Positions 38,215 to 48,599 of a stretch of 64,000 nt of DNA are shown here, piece by piece. Under the pieces are notes generated by a model. That model saw nothing but the letters and a program-made list of their open reading frames with translations. It was not told the origin of the DNA and made no database searches. Origin of the DNA: a virus. The stretch is from positions 14,701 through 78,700 of the IMG/VR virus record IMGVR_UViG_3300050821_005171. One strand, given 5' to 3'. Numbering within the stretch: position 1 is the first letter of the stretch; every line of letters begins with the position of its first letter. The translations under genes and the position numbers were made by a program.

Positions 38215-39029
38215 TTTACAGCGCTCCGCTTCCTGCGTTTGCGGACCACTGGCACTATCGGGTCCTGGTTTCTTGCTGGGAACATGGCCCCCTTTGCGAT
38301 CCGCTCTTCGATCGACTTGCACGTCTCTTTCGAGATGTCGATCGTCGTACAGTTTCGGCCCAGCGCGTTGGCCACAACGATCGTTGTGCCAGAGCCACCA
38401 AACGGATCAAGAACGCGATCGCCTGGATTCGTATAGGCCAATATCAACCGGCGAAGATAGTTCTCTGGGAGCTGGTTCGGGTGCCCCTTGCGCCGCTCTT
38501 GGTTGTTGCCTTGGACACGTCCCCAGAATTCACCATCACTAGGTACTCCCCAGACTGTCCCAGGAAGCCGCATGCCGCCATTATCGTAGTCATCGATACG
38601 GCGGTCTCCGTAGATGGATGCCCGGTCGCTCGGGACGAGGACTGCTTCTGGATTCCAAGTGAAATCCTTGCTCTTTGCGAAGACAAGGCAGTGGGCATGG
38701 CCGTTGATCCAATTGCTGCGTCCGCATTGTCCGAAGCGGTAGTGCCAGAGAATCCAGGCGATTCGCTTCATGCTAAAGGTCACAGCATTCTGGACGTACT
38801 TGACGGCCAGCTCGTCGTTGCCGTGCAGGCACAGCACTCCGTCGTCAGATAGCGCGTCCCAGCAGGCGTAAATCCATTGCGCAGTAAAAGTATCGAAATC
38901 CGGGCGAGAATCCTTGTAGCCGATGTACGGGTGCCCGATGTTGAATGGCGGATCGGCGAAGATGAAATCGAACTTCCCAAGCGACGGGATTAGGTCGATG
39001 CAACTTCCGCAGAGGACTGTCGCTTGCAT
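38211..39029 (-). CDS. Beta-class DNA amino-methyltransferase (m6A/m4C)
   Basis: IFADPPF motif IV, HP.Q.P, VLDPFGGSGTT motif I. Confidence 0.92.
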   Translation of the reverse strand: MQATVLCGSCIDLIPSLGKFDFIFADPPFNIGHPYIGYKDSRPDFDTFTAQWIYACWDALSDDGVLCLHGNDELAVKYVQNAVTFSMKRIAWILWHYRFGQCGRSNWINGHAHCLVFAKSKDFTWNPEAVLVPSDRASIYGDRRIDDYDNGGMRLPGTVWGVPSDGEFWGRVQGNNQERRKGHPNQLPENYLRRLILAYTNPGDRVLDPFGGSGTTIVVANALGRNCTTIDISKETCKSIEERIAKGAMFPARNQDPIVPVVRKRRKRSAVK

Positions 39030-39035
39030 TGGCTC

Positions 39036-39236
39036 CTACTTCTTCGCGGATCGTTTGCGAGGCCCAGCCATCCGGTCCATCGCCTTGTCAAAATCCCGCA
39101 CAGCCATCTCGATGATGGCCGTCCTCGTCAGGCCCTTGTCTATCGCCCGGCGGTTCAGGATTTCCAGGCAGCCGGCCGAGAGTCTGTAGGTCGCGTGTTT
39201 TTTGCCCGACTCGCCGTTAGCGACAGCAGATTTCAT
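39036..39236 (-). CDS. Ribbon-helix-helix DNA-binding protein
   Basis: KKHATYRLS..CLEIL...A...GLTRTAIIEMAV. Confidence 0.7.
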   Translation of the reverse strand: MKSAVANGESGKKHATYRLSAGCLEILNRRAIDKGLTRTAIIEMAVRDFDKAMDRMAGPRKRSAKK

Positions 39237-39439
39237 CGATCACCCTTGATGGTTCTATTTGCGTGCATCTACAGTGAGTCCTGTTGATAAGAGGCAAAGG
39301 GAGCTGAAGTTACGCTTCATTTGTGGTGCTACCTCGGCCCATTGCAGGCAGACGGACAAGTCACGTCCACCGCAAGCCGGGGCTGAGTGCTGGCAAGTGT
39401 CGTCGTAAACCAGCTCCCCGTTGCCTCTGTTAGATAGTC

Positions 39440-39468
39440 ATTGTGGCACATTGTGAGCACAAATGCAA
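39440..39468 (-). promoter_or_regulatory. Leftward promoter with 13-bp motif, overlapping the terL start codon
   Basis: TTGCAT-17-CACAAT, spacer GTGCTCACAATGT. Confidence 0.6.
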
Positions 39469-41223
39469 GACCCACTTGAGGAACTTAGGCACCTTAGCGA
39501 AGAAGAGCAGGCTCAACTAGCCGAATATGCTTGTGCAATTCAGGAGGCCCAGGGCGGGGACCCACGCAATTACGTGATGCTGCAATGGCCCGATCTGATT
39601 CTGGACACGTTCCAGTGGGACATGCTGCTGAGTCTGTTTGATCCAGCAATTCGCTCAACGTGGGTTAAGGGGAACACGGGATGTGGCAAGGGGGCCGCAT
39701 CGGCCATCGGCATCTGCGCGTACTACGACGTGTTCGAGGACGCAAAGATCGTCATTACGAGCAGTTCGGTTGAGCATGCGCTTCGCGTCATGTTCGCCGA
39801 AGTGGCAAAGTTCTACAAAATGGCCAAGTACCGACCCCCGGGAATAGTGCTCGCTGAATCTGTGCGGGATCACGAACAGCACAGAATTGATGTGGTGAAT
39901 CCTGAGAAGGACGAAGGTTTTTCCGGAGCACACGGAGAGCATCTCCTGATCGTGATCGACGAAGCAACGAGCTTCATCGACTCACGGTTTGCCCTGGCAA
40001 TGACGCAAGCCAAAAAGTTGCTGGCAATTGGGAATCCGCGAACGCTGGCTGGCGTCTATCGCATGGCCTTCGGTCGCATCGATCCCAACCGCACACATAC
40101 AGCAATGGGGCAACATGGACCACAGCGACTCATCAGCATTCCTGGATCAATTTGCATGAATGTTCGGGAGAAGCGATTGGCCTCTCCTGTTGGGCCTCCC
40201 GGCGGTATGGAGATCAGGGGCCGTAAGTTCGAGTACGGCGAGAGAATCCCAAGCGATTTCTATCAGGACGTGAAACCGATCATTCCAGGGCAAACGGCCT
40301 ACGACGAATATCTCGCACTGCTAAATGATCCTGACCCGTTCGTCGTGAAGGTGTTTTGTAAAGCGGAGTTTCCGGACGAAGATCCATATACCCAGTTAAT
40401 CTTGGCGTCGTGGCTCGATCGGCACTGCAAGTATTGGGGCGAATCGGTTAAAGCGTATCGTGACGGAACTGGAGATATCGATGACCTTCTTCCGGTCACG
40501 GTTTTTGGATTGGACCCTGCCAGTACGCTGACCGGAGATGCCACGGTTTTGGCAGCCGGAGGGCCGAAAGGAATTCGCTGCATATACACGCGAAAATTCG
40601 CAAAAACGTCACAGGTGGCCGCCTGGGCAATCGAGCAAATAGAAAGGGACTTTGGAATCAGCCTTGAGTCCGGCTGCTTTCCAATTTCGATCGACTGTGA
40701 TGGTCTCGGTCGTGGGGTGGTCGATTACATGACGGACAAGGGAGTCGCCGTTATCCCCATCATGGGCAACAGCACACCGCTCTACGACATCAAAAAGTAC
40801 GGGAATAGGCGTACTGAGATTTACTCAGAGCTTGCTAAGCGACTTAGCCCTGATGACCTTTTCGCCGATCGGCCATACGCCATCCCTGAAGACGGACTGC
40901 TCAAGGAAGAGCTGTGCGTGGCTGAGAAAGAATTCATCGGCAACGATGGGCTGCGTTATAGGCTGACACCGAAGGATAATCGCGGAAACAAGAACATCAG
41001 AGGCATCAAACAGCGCATCGGACGATCGCCAGACCGCTCAGACGCAGTCGCCCTGTGCCACGCAGCACTGATGGAATGGGAAGAGTCGCAAGGGATTTGC
41101 CATCAATTAGACCCCTCCGCATTTGAGCCTGATATGTCCTGGTCGGACGAAGAGTCCAAGAGGCCCCAGATCGTCGAAGATTGGTGGAAACCTACCACTG
41201 ACAAGAACAAGCCAATCAAGTAA
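39463..41223 (+). CDS. terL: Terminase large subunit
   Basis: Walker A GNTGCGK, Walker B LIVIDEA, IGNP, nuclease FGLDPA and SPDRSDA. Confidence 0.92.
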   Translation: MQDPLEELRHLSEEEQAQLAEYACAIQEAQGGDPRNYVMLQWPDLILDTFQWDMLLSLFDPAIRSTWVKGNTGCGKGAASAIGICAYYDVFEDAKIVITSSSVEHALRVMFAEVAKFYKMAKYRPPGIVLAESVRDHEQHRIDVVNPEKDEGFSGAHGEHLLIVIDEATSFIDSRFALAMTQAKKLLAIGNPRTLAGVYRMAFGRIDPNRTHTAMGQHGPQRLISIPGSICMNVREKRLASPVGPPGGMEIRGRKFEYGERIPSDFYQDVKPIIPGQTAYDEYLALLNDPDPFVVKVFCKAEFPDEDPYTQLILASWLDRHCKYWGESVKAYRDGTGDIDDLLPVTVFGLDPASTLTGDATVLAAGGPKGIRCIYTRKFAKTSQVAAWAIEQIERDFGISLESGCFPISIDCDGLGRGVVDYMTDKGVAVIPIMGNSTPLYDIKKYGNRRTEIYSELAKRLSPDDLFADRPYAIPEDGLLKEELCVAEKEFIGNDGLRYRLTPKDNRGNKNIRGIKQRIGRSPDRSDAVALCHAALMEWEESQGICHQLDPSAFEPDMSWSDEESKRPQIVEDWWKPTTDKNKPIK

Positions 41224-41293
41224 AATGCGGGCAGAAAGGCGGCCGCTATTCCGCCTCCTGCCCTGTCCACAACATGCTTTAAGGGAGCACGTC

Positions 41294-42043
41294 ATGTCTG
41301 GAAATCAGTCTACAGGTCGCGCCCGAAGAGAACCACTCGTAAAAGTTGGCGACCGATATGAACGGCTCGTTGTGACGTCCGTATCGCACATGAAAACGAG
41401 TAGCGGGTGGAGATGGTTTGCATCAAGCATTTGTGATTGCGGGAATGCAAATACATCACGCGACGATTCTTTAGTTAGTGGTAAGGTCCGTAGTTGCGGA
41501 TGCCTACAGCGAGAATCTGCCGGAGCGATAAATCGCAGCCACATGCTCTCGAACAGCCCGACATATTCAACTTGGGCCAACATGCTAACGCGATGCACAA
41601 ACCCCAAGTTTGAAGACTGGGACCGATACGGCGGACGGGGAATTAGGGTGTGTCAGGCTTGGTTTTCATTCGAGGCATTCTTGGCAGACATGGGCGAGCG
41701 CCCGTCTCCGTCCCACAGCCTCGATCGCTATCCCGATCAGAACGGCAACTACGAACCGGGAAACTGCCGCTGGGCTACTGGAAAAGAACAATGCCGAAAT
41801 CGGCGTGACAACAATCTCATCACCTTTAACGGAGAAACGAAAACTGCCGCAGAATGGTCCGAAATCACCGGAATCACGCCATCTACACTAAGGGCACGAA
41901 CCAGGGCCGGATGGCCTGCCGATAAGTGCCTCACGACTCCAGTCCAGAGTGCGGGATCACGGAGCAGCGGAAAAGGGACCCCGCTATCTGTCTCCGAAAT
42001 GATTTCGCAACAGCACCCAACTCAAGCACCGGCAACAAATTAA
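41294..42043 (+). CDS. HNH-type homing endonuclease-like protein
   Basis: CDCG, SCGC, YGGRGIRVC, SLDRYPDQNGNYEPGNCRWAT. Confidence 0.85.
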   Translation: MSGNQSTGRARREPLVKVGDRYERLVVTSVSHMKTSSGWRWFASSICDCGNANTSRDDSLVSGKVRSCGCLQRESAGAINRSHMLSNSPTYSTWANMLTRCTNPKFEDWDRYGGRGIRVCQAWFSFEAFLADMGERPSPSHSLDRYPDQNGNYEPGNCRWATGKEQCRNRRDNNLITFNGETKTAAEWSEITGITPSTLRARTRAGWPADKCLTTPVQSAGSRSSGKGTPLSVSEMISQQHPTQAPATN

Positions 42044-42057
42044 AGGCACCGCGACCA

Positions 42058-42384
42058 ATGGCCACCGATCAATCCGACCCACTCGGAGAAGTTGCCTACA
42101 CGGCAGAGATGCTCGTCCCAGACTCTGATCAGCCGTGCGACTGTGACGTCCCAGGGCAGGCCCCGTGTATGCCACCGCCTCCGGAAGAGTCGCACGTCTA
42201 CCGCCGTCCGACTGGAATGCGACTGAGGGAGCTTGTGGCCCTGTTGCATTCCCACTTCGACAATGAGCAAGGCGAGATCGATAGCGACCGGATCGTTCAA
42301 GTCTTTGCCGTAGAGCGCGGCATGAATCCGCTCCGGAGACTGGAGATTATGGACGGCGTTCTGATTCTGTCGCCGGATTGCTGA
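42058..42384 (+). CDS. Hypothetical protein
   Basis: Probable ATG 42058. Confidence 0.45.
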   Translation: MATDQSDPLGEVAYTAEMLVPDSDQPCDCDVPGQAPCMPPPPEESHVYRRPTGMRLRELVALLHSHFDNEQGEIDSDRIVQVFAVERGMNPLRRLEIMDGVLILSPDC

Positions 42385-42407
42385 GCGCGCAGGCCGACTG
42401 CACACTC

Positions 42408-43539
42408 CTACCTGGGAATCACTTTATTGATGTCGTCCGAAGTCGGAGCTTTGCTCATGATGGCGGACATCAACTCCCAGGCCACGCTCCGCTCTATGCA
42501 GGCATGCTTCAGATCGCCGCTCTTGTCATGCTTAGTGGCGTTGGACACGGCCTGGGCGAACTTTTTCACCAGCTTCACGAGCGCTTCATCATCCATGACG
42601 ATTGGATCGGCCTTGCGTGCTCTCGTCACAGCTCTTTCTCCCGACGTTTATCGGCAAGCAGCATCTCGATCCTGCGCCTGCGGCCGATGATGAGCCCCAG
42701 GGCCAGCAGTCCGTATTCCTTGTCGGTGGCCCCGTCTGGGGTCCAGCCTTCCGTGTTGAAAATCTCTGTGTCACGCACGAAATCCTCAAGCTCTGCCCTG
42801 AGCCGCGCGTTCTCGGTGGCGAGTTCATGTTCAATGGTCATGGCTGAACCGCCTTCGGCAGTTGATGATCTGCGAGAATTTTTCCGTGGCTGATGATGCG
42901 GTCGATCATCCAGTCGTAGCCGTGGAAGCCCTCTGACTTTTCCATGAGCGCTCGCGCCTCATCGGCATCAACAGATTTAACGCTGACGCGTGCGTACCAA
43001 CCGTCACCGAAGTCGTAGTCATAGCTCGGTTTCTCCAGGATGCGGTCAGCGTCTCCCGGGGCCAAGGTTCGCACTTCCGCCCACAAGCGACCACCTCCGG
43101 ACCACTTGCCGTCCCAGGCGTTATTTCCAGGCATCGTCAGGATGAATGCGATTTTCGTGCTCATTTGCTATTCCAGCTCCCTCAGCGCAAAGGCCCGTGG
43201 CGGCTTGGCCAGGGCCAGCTTCTCAACACTCTTGTCGGTCAAATGGTACTTATTTTTGTTTCGCTCTTTGCCCTTGATCGACATCCGTTTCAGGCCCCCA
43301 TCCCGCACCAAGTTCTGAAGCCGACAGTACCAGTGGGAGCAGTTTTCGTTGCCCCGCGTGGTCGGCTCCATGCTCGGGGCGATCTTCAGGATGGTGTCCC
43401 TGATCTTGTGCCACGTCATCCACTTGTCGGAGTTTTCGGGCTGCATCATGGCTGTTAGGATCAGCCAGCGCATTGAGCCCCCTAACTTCTCTGGCCAGTT
43501 GGTTGAGTGGCGGATTCGTTTTGAGCGGGACACTTCCAT
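42408..43539 (-). other. Four small CDSs (42408-42629, 42626-42841, 42838-43164, 43168-43539; the last is winged-helix-like)
   Basis: Tightly packed run (GTGA/ATGA overlaps) downstream of promoter 43563-43591. Confidence 0.65.
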
Positions 43540-43562
43540 TGCGTTTCTCCCTGACGTGACGT

Positions 43563-43591
43563 AAAGTAGCACATTGTAAGCACGCTGGCAA
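43563..43591 (-). promoter_or_regulatory. Promoter with 13-bp motif
   Basis: TTGCCA-17-TACTTT, spacer GTGCTTACAATGT. Confidence 0.65.
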
Positions 43592-43900
43592 GTGACGTGG
43601 AGCAGTGATGCGACAGCCGATGCTTCCATTCGCGGAGATTAAACGTGACGCCGAGATCGAGGCTCAGCAGTCTAGGCGACATACCATCCACGCCCTGCTA
43701 TTGGTTTGCTCGTTCGTTGCGTTTTTGTTCGTGATGTTTCATGTCGAAGTTCCGATTTATTGCAACTATTGCCATCAGAAAGTGGGTGGCCGTTGCGTAG
43801 CCGCGTGGCTGGTTACTCGGGCTGAATGCCGCTCCGACAACACCTGCCACTGGAAATGCTTCTGGGACCGAAACCCGCCCCCACCCGATCCGAGACCACA

Positions 43901-44581
43901 TTGACAGCACTTCCGTCACCACCGATCACGATCAAGCGCCGCATCAACCGGCACCGGCTGAGCACGTCGCCCTACCTCGCATCCACTCTGGCCAATACCC
44001 CAGAGCACGCCTTCCTGCTCCCAAAGGTGGCCCTCAAGAACAAGGTGATGGCCGGTGACTCGATCTGGGTCGCCGAAGACTGCTGCGTGAAAACCACCCC
44101 AGCCGGCATCCCTGGCACTTTCGATGCAGCCTTAACGTACCTGGATTGCCAGCAGCAAATGGTCCGTGGCGTCTCACAGAGCGACGTGCGGGGCTTCCCT
44201 TTGGGTTACGAGTTCGCTATCCCATCCCACAGGATGCGCGAGTGGATGCACCGCACCGAGTTGCTCGTGATGAAGTTCCAGGTTTACAGGATACAGCAAA
44301 TCCCCGATGAGCACCCAGCCGTGATGGGGGCGATTCCGTACATCAAGGACGAGCTAAACATCACGGCGATCGACGGCCACGACAGGCGCAAACACAACAT
44401 CAAAGACTGTGGCAAGATCACGATGCGGCAATGGATGCTCAGGGCGTTTTGGGACTCCGAGTATCCGCAACTTGAGTTGAAGTGGGGCAAGAATCCTTTG
44501 GTGGTGGCACTGCTCGTGAGCACGACGCTTAACAAGTGCCAACAACAGCAACGCAGGCTTAGATCGGCGATAGTTGGATGA
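43901..44581 (+). CDS. ASCH/PUA-like phage protein (divergent)
   Basis: GDSIWVAE, PSHRMREWMHR, RIQQI, FWDS..W..NP.V match the common GD.LWVRE..PSIHMPR family; start uncertain. Confidence 0.6.
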   Translation: MTALPSPPITIKRRINRHRLSTSPYLASTLANTPEHAFLLPKVALKNKVMAGDSIWVAEDCCVKTTPAGIPGTFDAALTYLDCQQQMVRGVSQSDVRGFPLGYEFAIPSHRMREWMHRTELLVMKFQVYRIQQIPDEHPAVMGAIPYIKDELNITAIDGHDRRKHNIKDCGKITMRQWMLRAFWDSEYPQLELKWGKNPLVVALLVSTTLNKCQQQQRRLRSAIVG

Positions 44582-45765
44582 GTATCGAGAATAAGATCGA
44601 CGACTTGAATTACGAACGGTCGTGCGAAGAGGCTTACGAGAAGCTGGAATCCATCGCGCGCCGCGCAGTGAAGTTGTTGCGTGACTTCGGCGACGGTGAC
44701 GCCGACAACCTTGGAGAAAATCTTCACAACATGAAATCCTGGGCCAGAGAGGTAGACCGCTTCTTGGAAGGTGATGATATTTAATGAGCGACCCACAAAA
44801 GCAGATTGAGTTTGAAATCCCTCCACCGGGCTCGATCAGCAGCGCCGATCTGCACAGCCTGATCGAACAGAAGCTGGAGAGCACGGCTCCGGCAGGCAAG
44901 AAGGACCTAGTGTCGATGCACATCGAAACCCAAGCCAAGTTCGTTTGCAAGGTGATCTATGCCGAACGAAAATGACGACGATCCTCGCTGGGAAGAGTCC
45001 GATTTAGACCTCAGCAGCTTGACCGAACAGCAACCGATCACGCTGAGCGACGAGCCGATCGGCGACGCTCACTGTCCGCACTGCTTGTCACGACAGGAGA
45101 AACTGCCGGGGCTGTGGCTCGAAGATCAGTCGACGGCGTTCGGGTACGTGTGCGAGAATTGTGGGAAGATCATGCGCGTCGAAGTTTTTTTCACGCCTAC
45201 ATTTCGCATATCAAAGAACGAGTAAATGGGCCGCCGCCCAGTTGACACAGAATCGCATCGCAAGATCACATGCCCAAGCTGCTGCCGAGAGCATTGGGTC
45301 GTAAAAGACATCAAGCAAACTCGCGCGAACATGCTCTGCGAGCGATGCTCTCCGCCCAAGTGCTGCCCCAAGTGCGGCCAACGCTTCAAGAAGGCCCATC
45401 AATGCAAACGGGCCGATCGCGATGTGCTCTATGCCGAGACGCACCTCCGGCCACTTAGCCCGCTCAAAAGCATCGGGCCAAAGGACGTTCACCGATTCTG
45501 CTCGATCGAATGCAATTTCGACTCGAATCACCTGCACGTGGGCGACATCACGAACAAAAGGGCTATAGTCGCACACTGCAATAGACGGATGATGGCAACC
45601 AGAGTCGTGAAGTATGTCCCGCTGTCAGTCTGGGGTGTCCTGGAAGCTGGCGACAAGCTGGGGCGAACCTACCACGGACGTTGGTGTCGAAGGTGCTATG
45701 CACTCGTGCTGAGACTGCTTGGCGACCAGACTGATTTCCGGGTTTCGATCCACGAAAAGCCTTGA
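44578..45765 (+). other. Four small CDSs (44578-44784, 44784-44975, 44959-45225, 45226-45765), two with multiple CxxC
   Basis: Coupled ORFs; zinc-ribbon motifs. Confidence 0.6.
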
Positions 45766-45838
45766 CGGGTTGAGTGGCACAACATACATATCGGCCACGG
45801 GACGTTTAATTCTCACGAACGAATCACGGAGGTGTCAA

Positions 45839-46084
45839 TTGTTGGTTTTATCGCGCAAAAAGGACGAAAAAATCATCATCGGTGACAACATCACTGTGAT
45901 GGTGGTCGCGATTGTCGGTGAAAAAGTGAGGCTCGGGGTCCAAGCCCCCAAGGAAATTACGGTTCACAGGCAAGAGGTCTACGACGCCATCAAGCGGGAA
46001 CAGTCAGGATTGTGCCTGCCAGAGATCAAGCCTTGGCGCGCAACCGACGCTTTGCCTGAATCGCAGCAATCTGCTGCTCCCTGA
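45839..46084 (+). CDS. csrA: Carbon storage regulator CsrA/RsmA
   Basis: TTG start after GGAGGT; MLVLSRKKDEKIIIGDNITVMVVAIVGEKVRLGVQAPKEITVHRQEVY. Confidence 0.95.
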   Translation: MLVLSRKKDEKIIIGDNITVMVVAIVGEKVRLGVQAPKEITVHRQEVYDAIKREQSGLCLPEIKPWRATDALPESQQSAAP

Positions 46085-46520
46085 TCTCTCTGGGCTCCGA
46101 AAACGTCAAGCAGTGGGCCGTGAGTAGCTCGTTTATGGGCGGCTCGCGGCCCACGTCGAATACCAGCCCGGCGATCTCGGCAGCTTGGTCAAGAGCGACT
46201 TCCGGTGCCCCGATCCAGATGTTGGCCAGAGGAAACTGCATCTCCTCGGACCCCAGGGAGGCCCAGTAGGCCCCGTCGTGCTCCAGGACGTTAATGCAGT
46301 ACCAGAGCAGCCCCTGGGCGTCACCTGTGGCCAGCAGGAGCGTCAGGCGGCCATTCTTGGAGGCTTGGGCCAGGATCGCGTCGATCTCTGGAAAGCTGGC
46401 CTGCCGGACCAGCTCATCGAACTCTGTGACGCGCTTCAGGCCGATCTGGAGGTATCTCCAGGGCTTACCGCTGCGCATTAGCAGTGAGTTCCGTCTGTGT
46501 CGTGTACGGAATCGCCTCAA
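46026..46520 (-). CDS. Hypothetical protein
   Basis: 164-aa ORF downstream of rusA; start uncertain. Confidence 0.5.
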   Translation of the reverse strand: MRRFRTRHRRNSLLMRSGKPWRYLQIGLKRVTEFDELVRQASFPEIDAILAQASKNGRLTLLLATGDAQGLLWYCINVLEHDGAYWASLGSEEMQFPLANIWIGAPEVALDQAAEIAGLVFDVGREPPINELLTAHCLTFSEPREIREQQIAAIQAKRRLRAKA

Positions 46521-46938
46521 TCCTAACTTCGACTCTGGCCGGCTCTCCCCACGATTTTCCTAGGGTCTCAGCAAAGATTTGGGAATCGTCTCGCCAGATA
46601 ACCCCAGTCAATGCGTCTTCAACCCCCCGCGCCAATTTGAGAACATCGGGACGTTGAACATGGAAAAGAGGAGCCGATCCGCGATAGTCGCCATTGCTCT
46701 TTAGGTGCGATTTTGGACGCGGTAAGTAGAATTCCAGATACAGTCGTACTGGCCCATCAATCAGACTCTCACACGTAAACGCCTCACGCGCAGCCGACGC
46801 GACAGCATTCTTCCAGTCCCGTGAGTTGGGATTCGCATCCGACACGGCGACGCCGATCTTCCCATCACGTTTCTTGAATGGGAACGCTCGCTTGCTACCT
46901 GCTGGCTGCGGCTTGCCATACACGACGAATTGGATCAC
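46465..46938 (-). CDS. rusA: RusA-like Holliday junction resolvase
   Basis: GKPQPAGSK, PRPKS, RPDVLKLARGVEDALTGVIWRDDSQI. Confidence 0.9.
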   Translation of the reverse strand: MIQFVVYGKPQPAGSKRAFPFKKRDGKIGVAVSDANPNSRDWKNAVASAAREAFTCESLIDGPVRLYLEFYLPRPKSHLKSNGDYRGSAPLFHVQRPDVLKLARGVEDALTGVIWRDDSQIFAETLGKSWGEPARVEVRIEAIPYTTQTELTANAQR

Positions 46939-46952
46939 GTTTCAGGTGCTCC

Positions 46953-46993
46953 AAAAGAAAAGGGGCCGGTGCCAACCACGCAGCACCGGCCCC
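46953..46993 (-). terminator. Intrinsic terminator
   Basis: Minus strand GGGGCCGGTGC...GCACCGGCCCC-TTTTCTTTT. Confidence 0.8.
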
Positions 46994-46996
46994 GAA

Positions 46997-47064
46997 TCCC
47001 AAAACCACTTGCATCAAGGCCCTAGTCTACTCCCAAAACCACTTGCATCAAGGCCCTAGTCTAC
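46997..47064. repeat. Perfect 34-bp tandem duplication
   Basis: TCCCAAAACCACTTGCATCAAGGCCCTAGTCTAC at 46997-47030 and 47031-47064. Confidence 0.95.
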
Positions 47065-47580
47065 CTGGGCATACAATTCGCAATCAAGCTCGATCCCCTC
47101 GAATGCGCGTCGCACGGTCTGTTGCGTGCCGGGCGGCAAGATTGGCAGGAGCCGTCTGAGACAGTCTGCCAGCACGATCGCCATTCCGGCCGCAATCTTG
47201 ACCGGATCGTTGTTCTCATTGTGCATCGACGCGATGCCGCCCCGCTCAAACAGCATCGAGGACCGCAGCATCTGATGCTGAATCTCTTCGTTGATCGAGC
47301 AGCCTTCGGGGTGGCCCTCGACATCGTACAGCAGCAGTGCCGTGGCGGCTGTGGATTCACGGGTCGCTTCGATCACGGCCCGACTGATTCTGTTGAATTC
47401 AACCGGCTTATCTTTTGGTCCTGGAAGCATGGTGGCGTCAGCTCCACTTTGGTTGCAATGTGGGCACTGCCAATAGGTGCTGACATGAACACGACCATCC
47501 GGCATCTCTTGCCGCGAAGCGCGCACTGCGATCAGGCAGCCGCAGCCTTCGCACAGCTTTGTTCGCTCCGGATGGTCCAT
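47056..47580 (-). CDS. Zinc-ribbon protein, probably leaderless
   Basis: CEGCG and CPHC; ATG 7 nt after the -10 box. Confidence 0.65.
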   Translation of the reverse strand: MDHPERTKLCEGCGCLIAVRASRQEMPDGRVHVSTYWQCPHCNQSGADATMLPGPKDKPVEFNRISRAVIEATRESTAATALLLYDVEGHPEGCSINEEIQHQMLRSSMLFERGGIASMHNENNDPVKIAAGMAIVLADCLRRLLPILPPGTQQTVRRAFEGIELDCELYAQVD

Positions 47581-47586
47581 GCTTCA

Positions 47587-47614
47587 ATGGTAGCACGTTG
47601 TCAGCACTGGTCAA
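47587..47614 (-). promoter_or_regulatory. Promoter with 13-bp motif
   Basis: TTGACC-16-TACCAT, spacer GTGCTGACAACGT. Confidence 0.7.
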
Positions 47615-48273
47615 GAGTTTGGCAGGGTATGGTAACCGGACTGCTCAGCAAGTTCGCCTTGGCTCATAGCCGGCATTCCAACGAATAGCTCGCGAATCTT
47701 GTATGCTTCGGAGTCGGGCACTGGAGTCAACTCGAACCTCCGAACGATCGTGTTTCCTTCTCGCCTGTCCGGTGCCTGACAAGTGGCCCTGAGCGAAATT
47801 CTGACTGGCCGACGCTCTGCTATGTCGAGCGGGTCGATCACATCCTGGATGCCGTGGTCAATCTGCGGCACAGAGAGTCCGGTTAGCTCGCGGTGTTCTT
47901 TGTTGTGCGAGATCGCCAGAACTCCGGCCGTGGCCCAAGAGCCCTTGTGGGCCAGCAGTGGGCGACACATCGGGCCAACGTCTCGCCAGTGGGCCTCCAT
48001 CGATCGCCGAAAACCGGGCAGCGTGCGATCGAGCGTGTCGGTCATGTCCGTAACGAAAACCATCGGGACCGCTTCGGATTTTCCGATGTTGTCGATTCTG
48101 ACGTAACAAATCTCGAACTGGTCGTCGTACAGCAGCGGACTTAGCGCGATCGCTGGGCTCGGACTACGAGTCAGCAACAGGCGCAACCCTCGCGTCATGG
48201 CGATCAGGATGGCGAAGAATGCCAAGAGGATCACGAGCATGCCAGAGAAGTGAATCAGGTCCATAAAGCACAT
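47611..48273 (-). CDS. Membrane-anchored beta-sandwich protein
   Basis: N-terminal TM; VRIDNIGKSEA; own promoter TTGACG-17-TACGAT at 48289-48317. Confidence 0.6.
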   Translation of the reverse strand: MCFMDLIHFSGMLVILLAFFAILIAMTRGLRLLLTRSPSPAIALSPLLYDDQFEICYVRIDNIGKSEAVPMVFVTDMTDTLDRTLPGFRRSMEAHWRDVGPMCRPLLAHKGSWATAGVLAISHNKEHRELTGLSVPQIDHGIQDVIDPLDIAERRPVRISLRATCQAPDRREGNTIVRRFELTPVPDSEAYKIRELFVGMPAMSQGELAEQSGYHTLPNS

Positions 48274-48317
48274 TTCCTTTGTGCTGACATCGTAACCACG
48301 CCATCAGCCGGCGTCAA

Positions 48318-48599
48318 CTACGGAGTATCGAAAAACGCACGCTTCACTGGACGCTGGGCCTTGGCCTTCTTGGCTTTCTTCTTCTTCGGTTTAGACGCCT
48401 TGGGTTGACCTGGAAAACCGACCAGTGGGCCTGTACTTGAAAGCATTTCTGGGACTCCGTTTGGATATTGTGGCTGGCCAAAATCTGAAGCTGTTCCGAA
48501 TAGCTGGCTGTAGGTCACTCGCGCGCCCAAGCTCGTGACCGCAAGTGCGTATCCAGGCAGTAACGGATTGCTCACGTAGCGTGGCTTACGGCTCATCAA
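48318..48599 (-). CDS. Hypothetical protein ending RAFFDTP
   Basis: Lys-rich linker plus shared C-terminal motif. Confidence 0.65.
   Translation of the reverse strand: MMSRKPRYVSNPLLPGYALAVTSLGARVTYSQLFGTASDFGQPQYPNGVPEMLSSTGPLVGFPGQPKASKPKKKKAKKAKAQRPVKRAFFDTP

Noticed and set aside
38211-39029. Restriction-modification system
   Set aside because: No cognate endonuclease recognisable nearby; treated as an orphan phage MTase.
46997-47064. Possible CRISPR mini-array
   Set aside because: The two 34-bp copies are directly adjacent with no spacer, and no cas genes are visible.
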